Shown piece by piece: positions 28,301 to 38,284 of a stretch of 64,000 nucleotides of DNA. Within the stretch, counting starts at the first letter, position 1; the number at the start of each line of letters is the position of its first letter. The DNA is from Takakia lepidozioides (Eukaryota > Plantae > Bryophyta). The stretch lies in NCBI GenBank assembly GCA_030704615.1, contig CM060734.1, forward strand, positions 7,378,001-7,442,000, in the 5' to 3' direction. Below the pieces are notes generated by a model. It worked only from the letters and a program-made list of their open reading frames with translations, did not search any database and had not been told where the DNA came from. The position numbers were made by a program, and so were the translations under genes.

Positions 28301-30650
28301 GCTGTGTCTGTATTATTCAAAAGCGACAAATTCAATTTTCATGGATTGGGGAGCTAAGTAATTGGTTTCTTTTTTGTATTTTTGTGAATGGCGTTGACGC
28401 CATTCACATACAGTGATGTTGTGAGGTCCTCAGTGATAGGTTCGTTATGAATGTGCATTGAGTTTTCCTGGATGGTTCCTTACTCAATTTTTTTATTTCC
28501 ATCCTGTGATTTTGCTTCATTTCAGTAATAATTTGGCTTCATTCTTGAATGTCGTTGACGACATTCACTTCTATGTCTGTGTCATTTCTAATCGATTATT
28601 TGCATTCACCTGGATTAGGATGTATTTACAGTGTCATGGAATGGAATGTTCTGAATGGCGTTGACGACATTCATATCTGGAGCAGTAGTGTGGTCCTGAA
28701 AGGTCCTTGGAGCAGTTGTCAGAGCCATTTCAATCCATGTTTTATTCTTTCTGTTCTACTTGCATCTTACTCACTGAGCGCTTTTGTGGGTTGGGATTCA
28801 TCTCCTTTTTTCAGGTACACGAAATATGTGCTTATGGAAGGAAATCACCTGAGCGGAATTCCCGACTATCTTGACATGTGGTCGGACCCTGCAAACGATC
28901 CAACCATGTATACTGCAGGGATATTGAAGGACTGGAGTCCTTCTCACTTCAGAGACTGTGGGTGGTACCTTGACTGCCCACCTGAGCACACGACCTTTCA
29001 AGAACAGCATATGAAATACTTGAACAATAACGCTGAGATGCTGGCGCCTTTGACTGACGAAGAGTATCAACGAAACATAGCAACCTTGGCTGCCAAGGAG
29101 CCTGATGCTCAGGGAACGCCGCAGAAGGGAAAGAAGGCGGGCCGCAAACCAAAAGACAAGGCTGTTGATGTCATAGCCATCTCACCAGCAAAGCCAAAGG
29201 ACAAAGACAAGTCCAAAGAGAAGGAAAAGGACAAGGGGAAGGAGAATGAAAAGGAGATGGAGAGTGGGCAGGACTTTAGTGCTGGAAGATATACCCGCAC
29301 TCTTCAGTGCGTGTTCGATGCCAAGCCACACCCTTCCCGTTCTGATTCAGCAGGAGAGATGAAAATTGTTAATGAGGGTTGGCTTTCGATGATGCAGAGT
29401 CGAAAGAGAGGATACACTGGGGTGCCATCCCCTACCTGGGACAATATAATCTCATTCCTCAATCTGGTGAGAATTCCAGTTTCTTTCCTTTTTCTCTGAA
29501 TGTTTCGTTGGCAGTATTTCAGTCTCGTTCTTTGAAAACATTCTTGCCATCGTTCTTATAAAAAACATGTCTGTTGCAGGTGAGCACAGGTCCCACCTTC
29601 GTGTGCGGTGTGCAGAAAACTTATGCGGCCGACAGAAGTTCTTCCAAAGGGCAAGACGCCAGGCTGGAACAAATTCGAGGACAACTACTGGAGTTGGGTA
29701 TTCGGGTTCTGTAACAATTTCCTCTCTGATGCAGGGACACTTCTGCTTTTTCAGTCATGTGACAATGATAGTCGTCGGGCATTGGCATCATACCTCAAGT
29801 CTTCAGGGTTTGAAGTTTTGCGCACATGGAATTGTGTGAACAGCCTCTACCTTGTGAAAGGGGGTTTCCCTGGTCAGCTGGTATGCCGTCTGCCTTCTGC
29901 TTGTGCTTTGATCATGAGTTTCAATTTTCTCTGCAGCTCCACTCTAGTAGAATGTTTTATGATCGACACCGATCATCAACGATTCATGGTTTTTTTGTGT
30001 CAGAGTTCTGAATAGCCGATGTACACACTTCCACTTTAGATTGTGTTTACCACACTAACCTGCTATCTTTGGCAGACGAGGATGTTCGAGGCGATCTGCC
30101 TGCGGAGGATTCGCACATCAAAGACACCATCCTCCATCCGCAGCTTTGAGATTTCTGACCAGGGTTGTTTCGTCAACCCCCCCTATGAGCCCCATGTCGA
30201 TGACATTTTGTACAACTTCATGCAGTCCAGTCAGACTCTGAAGAGACCAGATGGCACTCCCTGGAGAGGTGCAAAGGAAAAGTCACCAGCATTCATGCAA
30301 ATACTGCTGGAGTCATGCAGCCACCGCTCTGCACGGGTGGTCGATCTTTCTGTGTCCACAGGTTCGTTTTCTCCCTTCCGAATTGGTTTCCTTTCAACAG
30401 TTTCATCTGCTTAAATCCCCTCCTCCAAACTGTTTATGTTCTCCTGTCTGGTGCAGGAGCAACTTACCACGCATGCAAGGCAGGCGGAAGAAGCCTTTTT
30501 GGCATGGAGGGTGATTCTGACCTCTACAACACCGTGCTCCTCCCCCTTTTGTCTGGCTCCACTTCAGGCACACAGACTGATCGGATTCAAATTCGAAATG
30601 ATGACGATCCCGAAGATAAGCAGGTCGACAACGACTTTTCATGTGAGTAA
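25382..30650 (+). CDS. Multi-exon ParB/Srx-like domain + N4C/N6A DNA methyltransferase-like fusion (transposon cargo); apparent frameshift near 26295
   Basis: FYVWDGNHRLLAW ParB-like motif; FLSDAGTLLLF, KSPAFMQILLE, VVDLSVSTGATYHACKAGGRSLFGMEGD in beta-class MTase order; GT-AG introns 25673-26121, 26750-26843, 27037-27120, 27559-27642, 27870-28814, 29467-~29589, 29881-30075, 30362-30456; 3' end uncertain (may extend past 30720). Confidence 0.75.
25760..28673. repeat. About 11 dispersed copies of palindrome (G)TGAATGKCGT-TG-ACGMCATTCA(C) in two introns
   Basis: Degenerate copies at 25760, 25856, 25931, 26057; stronger copies at 27950, 28071, 28182, 28276, 28384, 28546, 28652. Confidence 0.9.
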
Positions 30651-31099
30651 GTGCTAAACCCTCTTTGGGAGTCATACTCAATTTCTCGATAACATCAAAG
30701 TTACAGTAATAACTTTTTCAGGCTGTCTTTCAGGAAAGCCAGCGGTGGATCTTCAGGAGATACAGTCATTTCTGGCGAGTCTGTTTTCGACAGCCCCCTT
30801 TCCAATTTTCTGCTCCTTGTTTATGCCGAAGCAATGGCACTTCACGCGTCCGAGTCCCTATCCCCTGACTTTTTAGTGGCCAGCCGTAGGTGTATCCAGC
30901 GTGGATCCGGTGTTCTAAAATACTTAGACTTAGATGCAGAGGAAGAGGGGATACATTGTACTGACTCTGAGTCAGACTGAACTGTATTCTTTTAATATTC
31001 ATTTTCATATTATCTGGAAAACGTTGAATCCCCTTACTCTACCGTAGTTGTTCCTTTAGAACAAATAATAATCACAGAATCAACTTTCGTTTAAATTGC

Positions 31100-31480
31100 T
31101 ATATGTATGAATCCATCTCACAAACCTTCCTGACTCTTCTCATATCCATTGTGCATTCATCTACACTGTATTCATGCGTGCTCCATTCATGAAAGCTTCC
31201 TTTGTACAACATCCATTGTACATTCATCCTCTGTACTCTTTAATCCACCCCACAAACCTTCCACACTCATTTCATATACTTTGTGCATTCGTCAAAAGAT
31301 TTGGTCATGCATCTTCCTGTCATGAATTTTTGTCATTGCTCAACATCCATTATACATTCATCCATTTTACTCTTATCCATCCGTCATTCATCCATCTACA
31401 TAGATTTTTCAAACTCATCCATCTGTTTATCATCCAACTGTACATTCATCCATCATTTATTCAATGCCTTTTATTATGTC
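31100..31480. repeat. Subterminal (T)CATCCAT-rich repeat tract of the MULE
   Basis: Many ATCCAT/CATTCATCC units; CACAAACCTTCC duplicated near 31119 and 31251. Confidence 0.75.
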
Positions 31481-32329
31481 GTCCAGCTTGTTTCCGCGGT
31501 AAAGGGTGCCAATCCGCGGGAATACACTCCACTTCTTTCTGGGTGCGTGGTGACTCGGCCTCCACGTGTGATGACGTGGACTGAGCCCCGTGACGTGGCA
31601 TTTGCGCAAGGTGACGTGGCGTGAGCGCAGTCGCGCTCACGCACTCACGTGACCAGGCTCACGCCGAGGCATCCCTGCGATGCAAAAGGGCTCCTGCTAC
31701 ACATGGCACACCAACACCCACCACGGGGAAACGTTACAAGTGTTGGAGAAGCCATGAAACAAACAAAATAAAGGACATCAAATAAAAAATGATAAACAAC
31801 AAAAGGGGCAGACTTACTCACAGTCAAAATCGTCATCTATTTCTATATTTTTTGGTGACAAGGGCTCGGTAACGACAATGTCTTATGTCGTGGCCCCTTG
31901 CCTTGAGGGCAGGGGGTCGGGACACAAAAAGGGTTGCCCCTGTGGTGGGGGCAGTGGCAACAATAGGTACGGGGGCTGAAGCACCCTTGAGTGCCCAAGG
32001 CACTCAAGGAGGCGGAGGCGCTCACTAGGTGGAGCCCCGCACACCGGGTTGCGGTGGGGGTGGGTCCACGAGGGGTGGTGGTAGCTTAGTGGGCCTTAGT
32101 GGGGGTGGCATAGGACTCACCATGGGGCGGAGACCTTGTGGTGGGAGTTGCAGGGAGTCTTGGGACTCATCACAGTCCAATGGGGCCGTGGTAGGTGGGC
32201 CAAGACTCACCGCGACTCATCACCGGGAATCGAGGGTCTTCGTGGTGGTTTGCCATAAAATGACTGGGTTGTTTGTGAAACCCCCGCGGACAGTCACAGA
32301 AGTATATATAGGGAGTAGTAACCCTCAGG

Positions 32330-32790
32330 AAGGGACAACTACTCAGAATCCCGATGTGCAGAATGAGACCACTGCCAGCGGTTCGAAAAGCCGAGAGGCC
32401 GGGTATAGAGAAGTTGAAGCTGTACTTCAAAATGGATGGTTACAACGACGCATTGGCCTCATTCCTCCTGGCCACAAATGATGGGACCGGAAGAGAGATG
32501 GAAATCACAGATGCGGACAGAGCAGGCTGGGACCCTCATTGGCAGTTAGTGGACTCCCGATTTGAAGCCCACATACTGGGAACAGAATGGGAGTTCATGT
32601 CGAGCAGATGGCTGTACATTTTGATGGCAACCATAGATCATGGATGGCCCGGATGGAGGTGATTTCAGGGCAGCACCCACATGACATCGAGTGGCACTAC
32701 TCTGTGAACTCAAAGATTCTGGATGTGAAGAACGAGGACATGCCTCTTGTTCATCGGGCAATGCACCGCATGAACTAGTAAGTATGTTTT
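32330..32790 (+). pseudogene. Third ParB-like cargo paralogue, truncated and frameshifted
   Basis: RIPMCRMRPLPAVR...KLYFKMDGY...DGNHR...WHYSVNSKILD...AMHRMN aligns with 26330-26749; followed by donor GTAAGT at the homologous position. Confidence 0.8.
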
Positions 32791-32859
32791 GTATTCCTCC
32801 TGTTGAAGTGTTTGCATAATGACTCCGCTCATGTGAGCATTGAGCACGGGCATTGTAGG

Positions 32860-33265
32860 TTATTATATTGGACATAGTGTGTGCTCATGTGAGCGAGGTA
32901 TAACAAGATCAGTTTTATGGTGGTGGACACTGACACATACAGCATGCTGCTCGGACTAGACTTCTTAAAGAAGTTCGAGGCAGCAGTTGATACGGAAACA
33001 GAGACGCTACGGGTCAGGTATGGACCTAGGCTCAATGTGGCTTACTTTCCACTCCACACCATGAATCAATTGAAGCCAACGATTGATAATTTCCATGAAT
33101 TCTGCAAGAACTTGGCGGTGGAGCCAATGATAGAGGAACAAGAAGGCCAAACCGAGGTCATGGCTCTTGATGCATCCCCTCACAGTATACCGACGTATGA
33201 CCACAAAAGCTCTCGTGCCCATCGCTTCGCTCATCCCATACTACATTGGTTCTCCTAGGATGACC
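32860..33265 (+). pseudogene. LTR-retrotransposon aspartic protease C-terminal fragment
   Basis: VVDTDTYSMLLGLDFLKKFEAAVD motif. Confidence 0.6.
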
Positions 33266-33267
33266 AA

Positions 33268-34560
33268 ATTGACCAGCCCAACAACATTGCTGAAGATATC
33301 GGGGTCACCATCACAAAATCTGATCTCAATGGGAGACAGCCCCCGTCTACGTACATCCTGTCCGTTGAAACACAAAATGTAGGGTAGGATATATGGGGCT
33401 TCGAGGCGTAATGTACGGAACTCCCCGAAGGTGTAGTATGGACCGTAGTAGGGAAACAAGTCCATCATGCTGTTGCTCCCACGAGGAACCACAATATCAT
33501 TGACCGTAAATAAACCCCGACCCATAGCAGGGTCAGTAGTGGCTCTCACAACATACCGTCTACCCCAATACTCGAACTCCACATTCTCTCGGATGGGGAT
33601 AAGAGGGTCGAGACGATTCCCCCAACAACGAGGCTGAACGGTCCTCAGTAACATAGTCCTATGCGCTTCCCATCGGGGGCGAGGATCCGGCTTAGGCCGC
33701 CCAAGCCGAAGGGGAGGAAACCTAGGGCGAAGCCGATCCATCCTAGGGGTTCGGGGGGCACATGCACGTCGAGATAGAGGTGGAGGTGGAGATGGAGGTG
33801 GTACTGCTGGCGGAGAAGATGAAAGTGGAGGTGGTTGAGGATGTAATGCTGGAGGTGCAGCCGGGGGTACAACGTCCGGATCAGGCAAAGAAACAGACGG
33901 GGGGGGGGGGGGGGGGGGGCGCACAATCGGCCTGCAAGTTGCTACTGCATGTACGGTGCGGAGAATCATCAAATGAGGACACTGGATCAGGGGGACCGCC
34001 TGAGGAAACCGGAGGGGGGGTGGGCCTACTCGTTGCCGGCCATAACGCCTACGACACCTACGATACCCCTCGACCCTATGCATCTCATCTACGTGGTGCT
34101 GGGGGAACCAACTGGTCACATCGGGCATACTTTTGCCGCATCCGCAATCAAGTTCTACGCGTAATGTAATTCGACAATATACGGTCGCCGCCTCGGTGGT
34201 CTGGTGCCGCCCGGCAGTATCCGTGCCCAACACTTAGTGCACCAACACTCAATCCTGTCGGGGGGGGGTCAAAGGTGGACGTGCGTGGGCGTTGTGCCTC
34301 TAGACTAGCAGGGCTCTCACCACGGGGTGGTCCACGAGGGGGCAACCCGCGGCGCACCCGACTCGATCCCGGAGTGTCAACATCCTCCGCATCACCTGAA
34401 ATTTGGCCCCGGTCCTTCTACGATTGTGTCCGCCAGACTGTATTGTATCAGGTGCAATGGGTCGCTCCTCACCATGAAAAATGGTCGCTCCTGGGCCAGA
34501 ATCGATATGTGGTACTGCCTCCCCATCCAAGAGGGAGACGGCTCGATGTTTCCTCACCAT
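33268..34560 (-). pseudogene. Pro-rich plus truncated SET-domain-like ORF inside a CACTA-like element
   Basis: YVVRATTDPAMGRGLFTVNDI...FPYYG...DGDP..SNVVGLVN, broken just before the expected NH/S motif; start MVRKH shared with 48435; frameshifts and stops. Confidence 0.6.
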
Positions 34561-35332
34561 CGCATCCTAATTAACACACACCACCAGCACTTTCATTTCT
34601 CAAAACCGTTGGCGAAAAAACCCTCTGTCCCTTTTCCACCCTACGACAGCAAAGGGTCACTACGCCCCAACACCGGGAGGCCGTAGCGACCCTGCAAAAT
34701 TCAAACTCCAAAACCCAGTATCAAAAAAATCCTATAAAGAAAAAAAAACAAATCCCAAAAAGACCAGTCCCACATTGCCTAAGGGCCTGGGCCTTTGCCT
34801 CAGCCTCGAGACTTTCAAAATTGGTAAACAAAGGCGGAGCATCCTTCTGGTGCTAGAGAGCCCAAGACAATAAATCCTTCCTCACGTTCTATCTTCAGGT
34901 TGCCCACACCATGGAAAAATTTATTGAGACCCAGCACTTTGCGCTTATCAGATTGAACCGTTTTTTGGATATGTGAATCCTAATTACACCGTTTATCCTT
35001 TCAACCCTAAGACCCACAACCAAAACCGCCAATCCAAAACCCAGCACCATAAAGAAAACCAAACACCCTACCCCAGTACCATATGAAAAAAAATAAAAAA
35101 ATAAAAAACTAAGAACCCCAAAAGGCCCTAAATCCTAAATCTAAAAAGCCCGGTCGTCGCCGATTGCGACGCGCGTTTTTTATTTGTGAGTACGGGGGTC
35201 GTCAGCCGCGACGGCACGCCGTCGCAGGCTGCGACGTGTTTGTTTTAATTTGTGAGGTCGGGGGTCGCAAGCCGCGACGCCCCGCTGTCGCAAATATCCA
35301 GTTTGAATTTTATTTTTTAAAACGGGGCGCAG
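33268..35332 (-). mobile_element. CACTA-like element copy A (terminus missing)
   Basis: 34357-35332 is the reverse-complement homologue of 47800-48639; GTCGC/GCGAC subterminal repeats at 35150-35295. Confidence 0.6.
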
Positions 35333-35349
35333 ACCCCCTCCGTCACCAA

Positions 35350-36150
35350 TCACTCGCTTTTAAGTCACATGTGTCTCCCCGAACATGAAATTGATGCGGT
35401 GAAGGATTTATGTGAGCATGTGGAAATGTCACAGGTGGAACAAGACAGGGCAGCAGGCGCTCCCCCGGGAAATCAGCAATTTGTCCCTTGGACGCCCCCT
35501 CGCTCCGTTGAGCTCGACGTGGCCAACAACGAGCACATGATGTGGCACCCGCAAGCCAACATCAACCTCTTAGCACCCATCTCCATCGAGATGTGGATGT
35601 TTGTGACAATGGGAACCAACGTGTATGCAAGCTCGTGTGAGGTCACGGAAACGGTGCAACACATAGAACTACACATTTCCATTTTTCCTCACCATTGTTT
35701 CTGTTCTTGTAGGACATGGGCCTGGATTCGGACACGGACATGTCGACCACGAATATGGCTGAATCAGTCCACTCCTCTTGGCGAGCGTCTTCTGCTGCAC
35801 ATCTGGTCGATCTCTTGATGGCCACAATGGAGGACATCGACAGATCAATCATCCAGCAAGCAAGGTACTACAAATTCCTCAGCGGGAAACAATGGGGCTT
35901 TGGGCCGGATAGGCAAGAAATGTTGGTATGAACAGCTTCAAGGTCGAAAAATCCAGTGAAATGGGCGACGACATTGCGAGAGAATATCAAAGGGACGCAT
36001 CTGCACCGCAGAGGTGAATACCTAGAGGGCGACGTCCATACTCACCCTGTGAGACGGAGAATTGAACCCGGCTGCAAAGAGGATTCCTGGCGATCTGACA
36101 GGAACATTTGGACTGCACCTCGAGGTCCAGTCATGTTGCCGCACAATGTC
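35350..36150 (+). pseudogene. Fragment of a second transposase of the same MULE family
   Basis: TTNMAESVHSSW...LLMATMEDIDRSIIQQARY...GPDRQEML...LEGD...PGCKEDSWRSDR aligns with SCNLAETVHNAW...PPGSDSDSHRADR; intron 35642-35712 at the homologous position. Confidence 0.8.
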
Positions 36151-36301
36151 TCTTCCAGAAGTGGCGCGTGTGTCACGAGAGAAGGTCGGGCAAGTGGCAA
36201 AGAAAAGAGCAACATTTAATATAACCGTACCCAGGAATGAGGGGCAACATTTAATTCGATATGGCATCAAATCGGAGGGTGACGGCCCCACGTGCCTGCC
36301 C

Positions 36302-36730
36302 GAGAACATCACCCGGATGGAAAAACGGCGCCGAATTTCCTGCCGAGACCGTTCGGATGAAGTCGTCTCGGGGGGAGAGGCGACACCAGGCCGACAGAGA
36401 TCAGCCCCCGGATGGAAAAACGACGCCGAATTTCCATCCGAGGCCAGCCGGATGAAGTCGTCTCGAGGGGAGAGGCCGACACCTGGCCGACAGAGAACAT
36501 CCCCCGGATGAAAAAACGGCGCCAAATTTCCATCCGAGGCCCGTTGGATGAAGTCGTCTCGGGGGGAGAGGCCGACACCTGGCCGACAGAGAATATCCCC
36601 CGGATGGAAAAATGGCGCCGAATTTCCATCCGGGGCCGTTCGGATGAAGTCGTCTCGGGGGGTGAGCCCGACACATGGCCGACAGAGAATATCCCCCGGA
36701 TGGAAAAAACGGCGCCAAATTTCCATCCAC
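36302..36730. repeat. Tandem array, 96-bp unit, about 4.5 copies, containing palindrome GGATGGAAA..GGCGCC..TTTCCATCC
   Basis: GGATG anchors at 36315, 36410, 36506, 36602, 36698. Confidence 0.92.
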
Positions 36731-36827
36731 AGACGCCCGTATCGGCCCTTCTTCAACAATTTTTAGTCGTTGCATCAAGTTTTTTGCGTTTTTTTTACTG
36801 GTTACACACTAAATTTGGAATTTTTTG

Positions 36828-37125
36828 CCTGCAGGATGGAAATTCGGCGCCGGATTTTCATCCGCCCCCGCTCCGAATTACCTGCAGGTTGGAAATTCGG
36901 CGCCGGATTTCCATCCGGCCCCGCTCCGAATTACCTGCAGGATGGACTTTTCCATGCCGGATTTCCATCCGCCCCCGCTCCGAATTACCTGCAGGTTGGA
37001 AATTCGGCGCCGGATTTCCATCCGGCCCCGCTCCGAATTACCTGCAGGATGGAAATTCAGCGCCGGTTTCCCATCCGGCCGCACTCTGAATTACCTGCAG
37101 GATGGACTTTTCCATCCGGCGTCTC
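36828..37125. repeat. Tandem array, 53-bp unit, about 5.5 copies, same palindromic core
   Basis: CCTGCAGG at 36828, 36881, 36934, 36988, 37041, 37094. Confidence 0.92.
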
Positions 37126-38284
37126 GTGGATGACAACGGCTCGGGCGGAGGGAGGGCCACGTTGCGTCCTACTTCATCTGCTGGATGGAAATTCGGCGCC
37201 GTTTTTTCCATCCAGCGGGCGACTGATGAAGTCTCGGGGGGAGGGTGGGCCTGTCGGCGCCTGTGGCCGACCTCCATACCTACGACATTTAATGGCGCAG
37301 TTGCGCATTAAATGTTCTCCGCCGTCGGTTTTGAACCGGATGTTCCACAAGGATTCCGCGATTGCTTCCCGGATACGCCTTCGACACCTGATGTGACGCT
37401 TGGATGAAGTTCCATTCGAGGCATGTACGCACGCATACCTCGGGAGATTTTTTCTTTTGCTGGGACTTATGCCGCGTGGAGAAGGGCGTGGCTCTCCTGA
37501 GAGAAACCCCACACCCAAACCGCGGCGGAAGCTGAAGGCTTTGTATTACGGACGGCGTCCAACCTCTCGCATGGCCAAACTGAAGCTCCAGCAGGAGATC
37601 CCATTGTCTTGCTCACAGCCCGCGCCAACTGAAGCCGAGCACTCTCAGGCAAGCCCCTTCCTCTTTCGCTTTGTGTAACATGTGCGGTCTTCCTCGCTTT
37701 CTTTTGTTTGTTTTGGCATCTTCAGCCTGGCAGCCCTGGAAGTGCATGGTTGCATTGCAAAAGCACGAGTTGGTGAGATGAATGATCAATGTCAGAGGGG
37801 TTAGAAAGGAGCCGGGTCGTTGCAAAAGCAGGAGTTGGTGAGAAGAATGATGAAGGTCAAAGGGGTTAGAGCCACGTCATTGCTGCATTGAGATTTGCAA
37901 CAGGGTGCACACCTTCGCTGTAGATGACAGGTTGCATCCCAGAATTAAGGAAATCCATGCTGAGCTGAGAAGATTGTCTGGGCAGATGAAGTGCCTTCAA
38001 AACATTTCACCCTCTTTTCCCGTCTTATCGAAATCGTCCTTAAATTTTCATGTTGATTTCAGCAAGTTACTGGTTGAGTGAACCTTAGATAGTTTGCAAT
38101 GCTTGTGCAAAGTCGACAGCTCTGGAAAAGGCTGCTTCTGCATGTGATTCTTAGGGATTGCTTGGGTTTGTTTTCATTGTTGTTCCACGATTGTTGCGAT
38201 GGTGGTTGCGATGGTGGTTCTCATTGCGATGTTGGTTCTCACAATTGTTGGGGATGACAGAGTGACGACGAGCCCGTCACGCTG

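Larger units (their letters stand above)
20363..31677. mobile_element. Mutator-like (MULE) DNA transposon, 11.3 kb, with transposase and ParB-MTase-like cargo gene
   Basis: 9-bp TSD CGATGCAAA at 20354-20362 and 31678-31686; imperfect TIR (about 33/44 matches by hand alignment, 20363-20405 vs 31634-31677); the insertion splits a host ORF in frame. Confidence 0.9.

Noticed and set aside
27950-28673. Palindromic repeats with spacers as a CRISPR array
   Set aside because: Eukaryotic intron, long irregular spacers that are partly duplicates of each other, and no cas genes
19458-31677. hAT-like element with CAGGGA termini at 19458 and 31677
   Set aside because: No TSD at those ends; the 20363 end gives a perfect 9-bp TSD, a longer TIR match and an in-frame empty site
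36022-37518. Many overlapping ORFs across the arrays
   Set aside because: Artefacts of GC-rich tandem repeats that are open in several frames on both strands
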